Assembly: GCA_051362555.1 (NCBI GenBank)
Contig: CM120642.1
Location: 13,950,001 to 14,014,000, forward strand
Direction of reading: 5' to 3'
DNA: 64,000 nucleotides
Source of the DNA: Lingula anatina
Taxonomy: Eukaryota > Animalia > Brachiopoda
The notes under the pieces were generated by a model that worked only from the letters and a program-made list of their open reading frames with translations, made no database searches and was not told the origin of the DNA. Of this stretch, positions 25,261 to 37,482 are shown one piece after another (the stretch's first letter is position 1; each line of letters begins with the position of its first letter). The translations under genes and the position numbers were made by a program.

Positions 25261-28200
25261 TAGTGCCAATTAAGGCGCACAGGCATCTACTTCGCATAAA
25301 TTAAGATATGACAATACACATTTAGCACATTGTTTGATTATTTCCCGTAGAAACCAGAGAGCATCGCTGTCCCTGTTCATTTGAAAAACGGATAAAAATC
25401 TCAAAATAGGCCACATATTTTCTTTATCATATTCCCTTTTAACACATACTCCTTATCAAGCACCCAGTAGTGTCATCTTCGGAGTAATCAGGGCCATATT
25501 TTGTACCCAGTAGAAATGTAATCTGCCACAGAAAGCAATTACTTGTGATCTATTATACGGCTGAATCTATGGTCCACAGCTACATTGGACCAGTTGATCA
25601 ATTCTTCTCAGCTTCAGTGTCACGCTATAACCACTCAGTGGAATTGGTTTTGCCATGTCTCTAAGAAATCGTCGCTCGAAAGGGTGTGAATTCAACTCGA
25701 GGACTATGTTAAAACCAAAGTGTTATCCGCTTTTTCCGGACAGCAGATGTAGCAGTAGGCACTTCTGTGACTGGAAAAGCGCCCTGAAAGTGAATACATG
25801 GCAAATTTAATGTCAAGGTGTATGACGTGCAATAATTCGCATGCTTGATGTAAACCGTGTTTTTATATATATCACGATAAAGCTGGGTTTTAGGAATAGG
25901 CATGCATGCATGCAAGTGGGAACGTCACTGTATATCAGGCAACAGACCTTTTCCAGCACCATTAATTAAAGCCACATATATGACATCAGCACAAATGTAA
26001 AAACTGAACTTTTCTGTGGACGTAAGGAATCAAGGATGCTTGAAAGTGTAATTTTCTGCGCCGATATCAATAAATAGCTGGATGGATGAGAGGGGATTGA
26101 ACCTGCAAAACATATTCTTTCAATAAAATTTATATTTTGTCGGACGCTTAATATCCTGATTAAGCAAAGGGAAGTTGGGGTTAAGACGACACCATACTAC
26201 AGGTCTTTAAGGGGGTGGACATTGTAGGTGTGTTCTCTCTGGTATCGGGGGTCTCTTAAATAGTATACATAATTAAAGAATTAAATTTAAGCAGTGCGAT
26301 TCAATAATTTTGTAGCAGACTACTAGAGCGCTCCGTGGTGAGTAGTATGTTACCTGCTCCCAACCGTTTGATTTAAATGATACCCAAGGCGTTAGAAGCT
26401 GTTAAGAAATACTCAGAGATTAAGCGGAGCCCAAAGAAATCGGTTGCTTGAATTGAACATTGTGAGCTAGGCGCGTTGTGACCACTTTTTAGAAATGTGC
26501 TTGTACTGTCTGTCCTTGTGCACCGTTTTCGTTTAGAAAAGAAGGAAGAGTAACACAAGAATAAGTTTGAGTGACACCTGATAGGAATGCATAAAACTAG
26601 TAGATTAGTTTACTTTCACCTTGGCCGAAAGTAACCTCAATAGTTATATTACAGGTGGTTTGTAAGGTGTTCATATCCTTGTTATTGAATGAGGCATGAA
26701 CATGTGTTTTGACCGCCCATTCAGCATGATGAGACAATAAGGCCTCTGGCTTCAGAATCTTCCAATTTGTTTATCTTGTAGGTTGGTCGCCTTTCATTAG
26801 TGAAGTAAGTTAACTATACAGCTAGCTATATCTCTGGTTGTTAATGAATGTTCTGACGTGTTGTTAGCTTGACCATGTTTTCTCCTTATTGCTTCCGTAT
26901 TTTCGATGAAGGTGAATAAGACATATTAAATGCTTACCATTTCTGTTAATGTGATAATCTTACCTTTCAGTTATGAAAGGTTTCGAAGAATTAGTAGATT
27001 AGATTTTATTGTAGCTGTTTTGACTACGGCATATTTTTTGATAAAAAATATATTTGCAATATCCAGGTTGTTATTTCGCACATGCGTTCTCAATAAAATG
27101 TTTTTTTTACACTTACGCTAATAAGCATCATATTATTAAGTAAAGAACGGTACATAAGGTACATTCCTCGCCCCTTCACAACATTAAACTAATTTTAAAA
27201 ACTATTTTTGAATAAAAATGTGGGTGGACAAATGACATGGTTGGCTTGTTTGCAAATAAATTCACGAAAACTTTGCAAAACTTGGCATTATGCAATCTGT
27301 TTAGTTTTTTCAATAAAATTAAGAAAATTAATTAATATAACAAACAATTTTTCTATGGGCTTTCCCCCAGAGTTTTGCATAATGTAATCATTCAATTTGG
27401 CTGCTACGTTCCAAAAAATCTTCACCTTTTCTTGACATTTCAGGGTTTTGCGCGTTTTCTTATCTTATTATTGTCTTTTTAAAATAAATTAGTCCTGCTT
27501 AAATGCTAACCTTAATTGATGTTTAATTTGTTCTCAACATAGTTGTCCCAATGTTAGTACTGCATATAATAAAAGGCATGGTCGTAAGAAAAAGCATTAT
27601 TTTTGTCTTTTACATTAAGTAATAATCGCAAGGTTTTAGCACGTACGAGAACATCTCGTGGCGGAAGCGAACACAATGGGCCGTTAAGTGTCTGAAATGA
27701 TCTGAAACAATTCAATAAAAGACTGACGGTTTTTGCTTTGAACCCACCGTCGCCTGTTGGACGCGTTTTGCGCAAAGGTCCTGCTGGGTGTTTCAATACG
27801 CCAGCAATGTCACAATAGCCTGTGCGTGACTTCTAAATGCATCACTGGCTTAACAAGCGTACGTTTAATTGATGGTATTTTATAACGTCAATTGTAATGA
27901 TGATGACTTCAGGGTTCTGTTTCTATAACTCAGTCCGTCTCCTCAGTCTGCGTCGCCAGATTGCTTTGCAGAGCACAGCGGTAGCTGTTTTTAGCGCATG
28001 CAATTGAGACTTATGCTTTTACATGTGAAATAAAAAAAAGATGACTCATTCCAAAAATGATCGACAAACGTGAAGTATTTTTATATAACAGAATTACAAA
28101 GAAAGCAACACGAACAAACTGTTCAATCTTTTGATCAGACACATTCCGCAACCGCCCACTTCAGAAGGATTTCTATGGCATGTCCATAAATTCTCAGCAT

Positions 28201-28684
28201 ATATATACTTAGCTAGAATGATACCAAAACCAGTGACAGAAACTCCATGCAGAGCTGCTACATGTACCTACATATCTGGCTTGTACTCATGAAGATACGA
28301 TTTCCTCACCTTGGGGGGGGGGGGGGGGGGTCACCTCTACTTATTTTCATGTATTCTGTTAATTAGTTTTCTCTTTATCATCATGTTATCAATAAAGCGC
28401 GATGAAAGGTAAAATGATACATTTATGCATTTCGATGCATTTTAAGTAATGTTATGATGAACAACTCACAGTTTATAAATGCTACCCAAGTTAACTTTCA
28501 CGGAGACTTAAAAATAATCCCGAACCCCTCCCTACCCACACTATGAGCTTTATAGAATACTTACTCCCAAGTGTGCGCCATACAGAATACTTGGATGGGA
28601 GATTGAATGGGTTCCACGAAGTCAGTCATAATAGGCCTGTGATTAGAAATTTCAAAGGGTGCTCTTTTTTTACTTTTGTGTGTA

Positions 28685-28687
<3 letters not shown>

Positions 28688-28732
<45 letters not shown>
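28688..28732. repeat. (TG)n microsatellite
   Basis: Direct observation. Confidence 0.95.
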
Positions 28733-28735
<3 letters not shown>

Positions 28736-28863
28736 AGGTGGATCCTTGCATCCTTAAACACCTTTAATTTACCCAATTTGAAAAATGGCATATAATCTAG
28801 ATTAAATGCCCAGTCGTAGCAGACCTTTAACGGCCCCTAATACCCCATCCCACAAACCTCTAA

Positions 28864-29076
28864 GGGCGCATTCCCATAGATTTTAAATCGATCTATCCCC
28901 GTGGGGAGTCTCACTAGATTACTGTCAGATAATCCGGCTTAAATGTCCGTCCCGCCTACTACAAGCTGTAAGGGGTAATTAACTTCCGTGCCCGCTTGGC
29001 TGACAGCTATTTAGCGTGAACCCCCAGGGAGTTAGGTCGATCTAGTTGGATCGATCTAATCTCTGGGAATGGGGTC
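28864..29076 (-). mobile_element. PIF/Harbinger MITE copy with inverted interior
   Basis: TAA TSD. The interior is the reverse complement of 8953-9177. Confidence 0.85.
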
Positions 29077-30727
29077 TAAAGCATGCAAGAAGTATTGTAG
29101 TCCTACCTAATCACTATACCACAGGCATCTTCAATTAAAAGCATCTAACGGGCAAGAGTTTTAACGCGTCAAATACATTTAAAAAAACGTTTTTTGAAAA
29201 TAATATACCATCTCAAATTGTACATATGCTGTTCATTTGGAACTTTTATGAGCGTAAAGATTGACCTATCCGTCCTTGCCTAAATTTCCGTGCTCGCCAT
29301 ATTCCCTTTGTTTAATTATCATTGATACCTGTATGATTGACTCAACTGATATGTCTAGTTAAAGGAAAAGCCCCACGTACTCTTTCGGATGTAAAATAGC
29401 ATGTATGGTTGGAACCCACCAAAAGGCAATGGAAGTACATAAAGACAATATATCAACTTTCCAGCAAATGCTTTTGTTGTAAATGCAAAAAAAAAAAAAA
29501 AAAAATCCATTTGGTAACTTGCAGTTATGGATTATGCTACCACTCTCGCCCAAAAATGCCCATTTAAATTACGTATTGTTTCTTTACCAGGTTTTCAAAA
29601 ATACGTACTCTGTCGCAAACAAATCACTAAGTGTGGCTGTCCAGTTTGCGTGTCTTAATTTATTTGAATTGACAAATGGGGGGACATGCTCAATACATAA
29701 CAGGAAGGAAGCACGTTTTTGTTCATGTGTGTATGGGCAGGGGCGTTTACCATTCAGAAAAAAATGCAACTGCAACAAATACCGACCGGAGGGGGGGGGG
29801 GCATCAAAATTGTGCTGTTGTAATTGGTCGTCTTGGCTCGCGTACGTAAGCAGGGCGCAATATATCTATGTTCATTGGACTGAATTCTGTATGGCTATGG
29901 CAATGATAAAGGGAAAGCCACTTACATCAAACCTTCACGTATATCAAGTTCTTAAGATTTCCTTATAAACTTTTCAATACGCAGCAGTGCGCTCAAAATT
30001 GCGATTTTTTTCGATTACTTTGACTTGTGTATATGTTTGATACCACATGCAGCTTATAGAAAACAATTGCAGCGCATACATTGCGTGGTGAGGTACATAT
30101 CAGTTGCGTTTGTTATCGAAACACAATTTAATGTAAATACCTGGGTATGCAGTGCGCATAGCATGCCGATGTATTAAAAAGGCTGCTGCTTCCCGCTTTT
30201 TTCACCATCAGTGCAGTTTCCATAGCGTGAACTTAAGCCTTTGCGGCGTAAATCTGTTATCTTCGGGGAGTCTGTTCACCCAGGCGTCTATAGGAGCCAT
30301 CAAATTTATTCTTAATCTCGAGTGTACCGGATGTAAGACTATAGTATGCTATTTGTACCCTACATGTTCGTATATTATAAGACGCAAACAAAAACAATGA
30401 GCTGCCGGATCGGAGCATACTGTATGTACGTTTCTCCGTGCAATACATGTACAACTTCCCATTCGCTAATTAAGAAACGTAAATATGTGACAGAGCCCTG
30501 AAAATAAGATAACGAAATCGAAGATTTTCTTTTCTTTTCATTTGTTTTTAAATTTAATCGCTTTCAATACAACACAATTTGTTTCTACCCTGCCTATAAA
30601 GTTCAAATCATTTTAGAAGATTGAGTTTAAAAGTTCAGTTTAATAATTCAGGTTTTTCATACGTTAGTTTTCAAACGTAAAAATTCTGATCGGCCGACCA
30701 GGTCATATGCTACATATATAACAAAAA

Positions 30728-30770
<43 letters not shown>

Positions 30771-32014
30771 ATACCAAAACTCCGCTTATTGGGTTCCTTA
30801 ATGTGTTTCTTCAACAACATTCGGGTAAACATGGATGAAGATGTAGAAGGTTTAGTACAACTTTATTGTTATCACACTAGGGAAAGTTTGCGTGCTTCAG
30901 ATATATAATGCTTAATTACAAATGGGATTATTGTGTTGCGTATTAAACTACGCTTCTAATGAGAGGGCTGAATGTTATGGAGGCTGCAACTGCTGTGATT
31001 ATAAGGATCGTTTATTGGTTTTTAAGTATACACAGAACTAAATTGTCATACCTTGTGCTATATATTTTGCTTTTAAAATAATACATTATGCAATGGGACG
31101 GTATCTAATTTAGTAAATAATAAATGATAAGTTTTTTTCTCAAGATGCGTGGAGAATCTTAAGGGTAGCAATAATATGGATATCATAAAACATCCCCAAC
31201 ATCCATTTGAAAAATTGTGCTGCACACGAAGCAAGCATTTTCGCTTAAACGATAATAAATCAGTATGCAAGACTCAAAGTACGATTTTTGCAACAAAACA
31301 TCCGTCGAGCTTCCGCAAACGATTTTCCAGACCTTTTTGACATGGACTTTTTAATTATTTAAACCATCAACTTGACCCACTTGAAGTGCACGTCGCCCAC
31401 TGAGCTGAATTTTTTCCCACCAGAATCACGTGCAGGGAATTTTTACCTCTCCTCAGCCTAAAAATGTTGAAATATCGATAATCAGATCCAGTCAGTTCAA
31501 GGTATTTGGAGCTCTTGAGACTCGACATAACCCGGAAGTCGATCAAATTAGAACAATCTTCCGGCAAAAACGTCTCATATGGTATAAATAATGCAAATTC
31601 CTGGGGAGATACCTGTTCTTCACGAAGTGATAAGTTGTTAAATGTGGGCGGGTATAAAATTTGCGGAAATATATTATGTCTAATTCAATGCTCCATTCCT
31701 GGGGAAAAATACAGCGTTTGGGGAACAAGTCTTGATATGCGTAACGCTAAGACGACTGGAAATATTTTCTGGTCATTTGAGAAGATTCTCGACTTCTGTG
31801 TACAATAAATATAAATAAATAAATAAATAATACCCAGGCGCTTTTTCTATCAAAAGGCCACTCTAAGAATGCTGAAATAAAGTCATAATTTTCCGTTTGA
31901 TCAAATACAACTACTTTTTTGAACAACCGTTATGCATCAAAAAGGGCAGTTTCGCAATATTTTGCGAACCCAATTCGGAATTGCTGTCGAAGAATAACTT
32001 CAGTGATGCTTAAA

Positions 32015-32240
32015 GATGCATACAATTTACACAGTCAATTTTTTGCCACAAAAGCCAACCAAATGCCAGCATATAGCTTTAAGTAGTATAACTAAGAGAA
32101 TTACCAAAAGGCATTGTATAATTTTACCTGAAAATGATGTTTGAAAGGATTTTTCTGCTAGCATTCTATGCTGTATGTCAATGGGCAGAAAAGTAGGTCA
32201 TGAAAGTAGGTTAAATTTTTGACCAAAAATTTTAAGAAAG
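32015..32240. repeat. Dispersed repeat, inverted homolog at about 57535-57745
   Basis: CACAAAAGCCAACCAAATGCCA...TTTGAAAGGATTTTTCTGCT...GGGCAGAAAAGTAGGTCA matches the reverse complement of the intronic segment near 57560-57720. Confidence 0.6.
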
Positions 32241-32680
32241 GAGCAGTCTAAAGCTCTTTTATGGCTGGTCGAGTTATCTATTCAGCTTATCCCTTCGCAT
32301 GTCGAATTTATTTGACACGTATAAAAAACTAGAAGAAGCGGTTTGTATGTGTTAATGGGAATCCACACTCCACCGATGCTCGATTCGTATGTACCTTTAA
32401 TTGAAACAAGTAAACTGACCATAACGATTCACTACATAAATCTGGATTGTTCAAGTCGTTAATACGATTGTTCACATAGTAGATCACACTACCCCCTGTC
32501 AACGTATAGGTTTACACGAAATGTATCGTAGGCTGTCCAGAGTTAATTTATTGAGGGAGCAAACGCTTCCATAACGATTATATAACGTTTATATAACGTT
32601 ATGGTAACAACATAAAACGTTCTGTGTTTGCCGGGTAGTCGTTTTCGTGATGCCTGCTTTGAGTATTTAACCTTGGCTTA

Positions 32681-33097
32681 TGCCCCTATTTCACACAGAC
32701 CACGAACCCCACGAATGGCCAGGAATTGAAAATTTCAGGATTCGTGGTTGAATCGTAATCAGTTCGTGAAGTTCTCAACACATTCGTATATAATCGTAGT
32801 CAGTTATTGCAATTCTTGGTCAATCGGGAATTCGTGGCAAAAAATTTAAGCTGTTCAAAATTTTTGCCACGAACTCCCGATTCCAAAAAATCGTAGTGAA
32901 TTTCTGGACAATATTCGTGCGATTTCAGCCTAATCCCACGAATATTCGTAACACTATCGCACCTGTATCGTAACTGAATCGTAGAGCGTGTCGATTTAGA
33001 CCAGAAAATTGGCAAAATCTCAAGAATCCTCACGTATCCTGAAATTTGTCAATTCCTGGCGATTCGTGGGATTCGTGGTCTGTATGAAATAGGGGCA
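32681..33097. mobile_element. PIF/Harbinger MITE, 417 bp, ~65-bp TIRs
   Basis: TTA|TGCCCCTATTTCACACAGACCACGAA...TTCGTGGTCTGTATGAAATAGGGGCA|TTA. Confidence 0.85.
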
Positions 33098-33710
33098 TTA
33101 GTGAAGAGGTAGGTAGTGGACTCCGGGAAGTGGAGAGAAGGGTAGACTAGTGGACTCCGGTTTAGTGGAGAGAAGGGTAGTGAGCCCCCGGTTGGTTGGT
33201 AGATGGGTAGCTAACCTCGGGTTAGAATACAAATGGGTAGGCAACCCCGGGTTAGTGAAGAGATGAATAGTGGATCCCCGGTTAGTGGACAGATTGCTAG
33301 TGGACCTCCTGAGCTAGTGGAGATATTGGTAGTGGAATCCGGGTTGGTGGAGAAATGGATAGTGGAACCTAGGTTAGTGGACAGATGCCCTGTACCAGGG
33401 TGGCTGATTATATAGGGAAAAACGGACCCAGACCAAAATGATTGTCTATTTATCTAGAGACATACATGTATCTGTGAATATCTGTGAAAATTATTCCGTC
33501 GACCTGGTAAAGGGTAGTGGACAGATGGATAGTGGAAGTGAAACCTGGGTTAGTGGAGACATGGTTAGTGAACCCAGGGCTAGCGTACAGATTGTTAGTG
33601 GACCCTCCCCCCCCCCTCCCCCCGAGCTAGTGGAGAGATGGGTAGTGGACCCCGGGTTGGTGGATAGATGGGTAGTGGACCCCTGGGTAGTGAAATGGAT
33701 CCCGGGGCAG
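33098..33710. repeat. Degenerate ~30-bp G-rich minisatellite (GGTAGTGGACCCCGGGTTAGTGGACAGATG-like)
   Basis: Many diverged tandem units, interrupted by a MITE at 33386-33516. Confidence 0.85.
33386..33516 (-). mobile_element. 131-bp MITE with 9-bp TSD (Mutator-like)
   Basis: GTGGACAGA|TGCCCTGTACCAGG...CCTGGTAAAGGGTA|GTGGACAGA. Homologous to 48319-48492. Confidence 0.75.
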
Positions 33711-34809
33711 CAGGGTGCTGTCTATGGCTATATAACCTGCTTTTCCATTATTACAATTTCACTGCACGTAAAGTGCGATATTTGAACCGGTTGCGGGTAG
33801 CAAATATATCACCTTAAAGAACGCAAACACCCCATGTCTTTGAGGCATGCTGTAAGCATAAATTATGATTTTAGGAGGCTGCCTTTTCAGGTTTAAAATT
33901 CTTTAGGTAACCTATTAACCAATTATAAGCATTTTTGGTATTTTTACCCCCAGAAATTCTTTGAACAGTGGTATCATAGCTGTTTATTTTTTCAATGAAC
34001 ATTTGGGACTTTGCTTGAACTGGGACCGAAATCTATCAGTCATGAATGGTAACCGTTAGGTAAAGGAAATTGAATATTAAATTTTGAACTCGAATCTTAA
34101 TTAAAGAATCTTAATTTGAGAATCTTAATTAGAGGTTTGGGGCATATGTAGTTACTGGAAATGTTGAGGACACGAATGACGTCAATACGAGTGCACAAAG
34201 GGGGGAAATGGTTTTCAAGCGATCGAATACAGTACAAAGTTGATATCATGAATGCTTTAATTTACACTTCGGATAATCAATTGTAGTAGATTATCAAATA
34301 TATGACATTCATCCATAACCCTATGTCACCTACCAGGGCCTGGAAGTCTAATTTGGATATTGTATGCGGCTTAAAAACTTATCGTTAATCGATGTTTCCC
34401 GAACGCCAGCAAATTTTAAATCCATCCAGGTTGACACTGAAAACACTGCCTCATTTAAATAAAATTCAAAGGGATCTAACAGTAAGACTGACTAGTTACT
34501 ACCTATGTGCCTATGTACCTATGTTGCTGTCTATTCTCTCAACAAATCCCTCGGTATCGGTTAATATAATCTTTGTGATTTCTTTGCTGTAATCAAATGC
34601 GTTCCCTCCACTTACACAGTAACTGAAAGACATTTGTTATGCCCAAAACGCAATGCGTACTTAACCATCAAATGCAGAACTGTATGGCGCATTCAACGTC
34701 ATTTCTACTCTAACACATTTCTGCACACGGGTTATGTTTTTTTCGTGAGAATGAGATTTTTTGCCTCTGTTCTCTCAAAGTTGGTATTTAAAACGAGTGC
34801 GTTTTGCAG

Positions 34810-36380
34810 GTGTTGGGTTTGCACTGTCTTACGGACCAAGCATTGGAGTGGTTGGACAGTGGTTTGAAAATTGCTGCGCGCTGGACAACGGAATCGCTGT
34901 GGCTGGGTCCAGTGTGGGTCAGTTTTTAACCCCACCTCAGGTCAGGTAAAGGTCCATCACACTTGACAGTGAAAATATATTATATGCGTATCATTTTGAC
35001 CAGTTCCTGCATTGCTACATCCGAATTCAACACAGTAAGGATCAATTCATTTGAACCGTGCAAGTCAAAAGATAAGAAAGGTAAACTAAAATGGACAACT
35101 TTCTTTGCCTTTATCATCGCTTTCTACTGGAAGAAATTATAGGAAAATTTACAACAGTTATTGGTTGTTCTGTTGACATAAAAGCCTGTCCAGGTTGAGC
35201 ACGATTGAAAACAGTGTGTAAAAACGGTGTTCTGTGTTTAAAAAGAATCATGTGACATATATAAATTGGATATATCCTTTCAGATTTTAAATAGACGAAT
35301 ATTCATTCCGGGGAGCATTTCTTATCCTTGGTGGTCTGTCTCTACACATCACTGTAGCGGACAGAAAATACGTGTGGACAGAAAATATACGTCAAGTGAT
35401 ACTTGTAGCCATTCTGTTGAGAAGACCACTCCGTGCGTTAAACAATTAAGCAGAGGAAATGCCCAGAGTTCCAGTGAGGTTGCGTATATACAGCATGACA
35501 TGGAGAATTGTGAGAAGACACCGTCATACTTGACGTTTAAACTTTGGAAGTCAGAGACACGATCAAGATTTTCGGAAAGGAAAAATAAAGTTCCTATTTT
35601 TGATTTCAGTTATTGTTTGATTTTGCATTTGTTTTGTTGTTTTTTACAAGCATTTGGGTCAGTTAAGTTATACTCAACAGTTCATATTTATGCCAGCTGC
35701 TTCCAAAAGCATCGGGATCGTATCGATTGATGGCGTCCGCGGTGGTGGCGTCCATCGCAGGGGTTGGCGATCGAATTGCAAGAAGATCTGAAATCTTTTT
35801 TGTAAAGTCAAAATTGAATTTGAACTTAACAGGTAAAACTTTCTTTTAGCAGACAGTGTTATCCGTTTTTTTCCCATTGAATCTACCGTGTTTATTGTAT
35901 GTTCCGAATGGATACACCTGCATGTTATGGACCCATCTTTTTCTCTAGCTATTCCTTCCTTGACTGAGAATAGTCCTAGCTGAATATTTTGGTTATTAGA
36001 TGATTTAATGTAAAAAGATCATATACACAAATCTTTGGTTTAGCAGTTGATTTATAAATTTAAAGGCAAAACCATTTGAAAAATAAAGATTCAAATGTTT
36101 CAGGAATGATAGCGGACACAGTTGGAAACTATGTCTAGATTTACCGTATTTGCAAAGCTGCATTGTTCGTGGCTTACTGTCTTGACTTTCTATTAGTACG
36201 TACTTTGCACAGAAGAAAGACAGCTGTCTAGATTTACCGTATTTGCGGAGCTGCATTGTTCGTGGCTTACTGTCTAGACGTTCTATTAGTACGTACTTTG
36301 CACAGACGAAAGACAATTGCCTCATATGCCAATTGTGAATACTAAGATGCTTCAAATATACCAGATTCAGTGGGGAATGA
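34810..36380 (+). pseudogene. Partial SLC16/MCT pseudogene (copies of exons 4, 5 and 7 of the downstream gene)
   Basis: GVGFALSYGPSIGVVGQWFENCCALDNGIAVAGSSVGQF exon; exon 5 has large deletions and a stop; exon 6 is absent; the last exon carries an internal ~70-bp tandem duplication. Intron flanks are also homologous. Confidence 0.85.
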
Positions 36381-37482
36381 ATGACGAGAGTTAGGTTTGA
36401 ACATATCTGAATCTTGAAACACTTATATTTTAAAAAATAAGCCCTCTAAAAGACATGACAGGCGCATTAAACTTTATATAGCGAATGTAAATAATAATAA
36501 AATAAAGGAAGTTTAAACGCTTTCTGGTAGCATATATCAAAGACTTCTGACAAAGTAACGATTTATAAACCTGCCCTTGAGATCTAATATGGTCCAAATG
36601 GGCACACCATTTCCTTAGGCTCCTCCTTTTTAAATCACAGTTGTAGCATAAGAACCATTCTAAATTTAAATTTCTTGACGTACTTTGTAGCACATGTATC
36701 GATAGACACTAGCACTTTTCAATCATTACGGTAAAATGAATTTAGAACATGTTGTTGATTTTTTTTAAAAAATTGGATGGAATGTACAGTGTATCTTGGA
36801 GACTAGGGGTAAATTTCAGGGATTTATTTTTAATATTTACAATCCATGTAAGTGATTCAAATCCAATCGCCTTTGCTAAAAAATAATTAGAACAGATAAT
36901 CGTCTGGAACAGATAATCGCCTGTATAAGATGTGCAAGTCCATCGCCATGTTATAAAACCTATAATTTACCGCCAACATTGTCTGACGTTTAATTGCTTA
37001 TTTATTTGTATTTTTATGATCAATATTTTTCTATTGAAAACAGTCGCTGACTCGTGATCCGTAAAAAAAATCCAATTTTTAAATTAAAAAAAAATAACAC
37101 TGCGATCATCTTTCCTATTACGCTTAATGAAATTTGGTACAAAAAATCTCCAATTATATACGTTGATGATTATAGGAGCCTGATCCTTTCTTCAGAAAAA
37201 CCTGTGAAAATAACACTAGGTAAAACATATTTCAATATAAAAACCACATAACGCTTGGATCACGTTTAAACCCCGTACTTATTTCGCCACACACCCAGTA
37301 GTGTTAGACGTCTAGGGACACTGATAATCCCGCCTGAGTAAATACATACATCTTATCTAATTGATGTACTCATTTAAAGATACGGAGGGATAAAGAGGGA
37401 ACTTCACCACTTTCCAAAGGACAGGGTCCAAGAGGCACCTTAAGAGGAAAGAGAAGTATTGGCATTAGACAAGGCGTTTCCG

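Noticed and set aside
29483-29968. 161-aa Cys-containing ORF
   Set aside because: It runs through poly-A and poly-G tracts, with no recognisable domain or splice context.
33233-33785. ORFs of 60 and 115 aa
   Set aside because: Translations of a 30-bp minisatellite.
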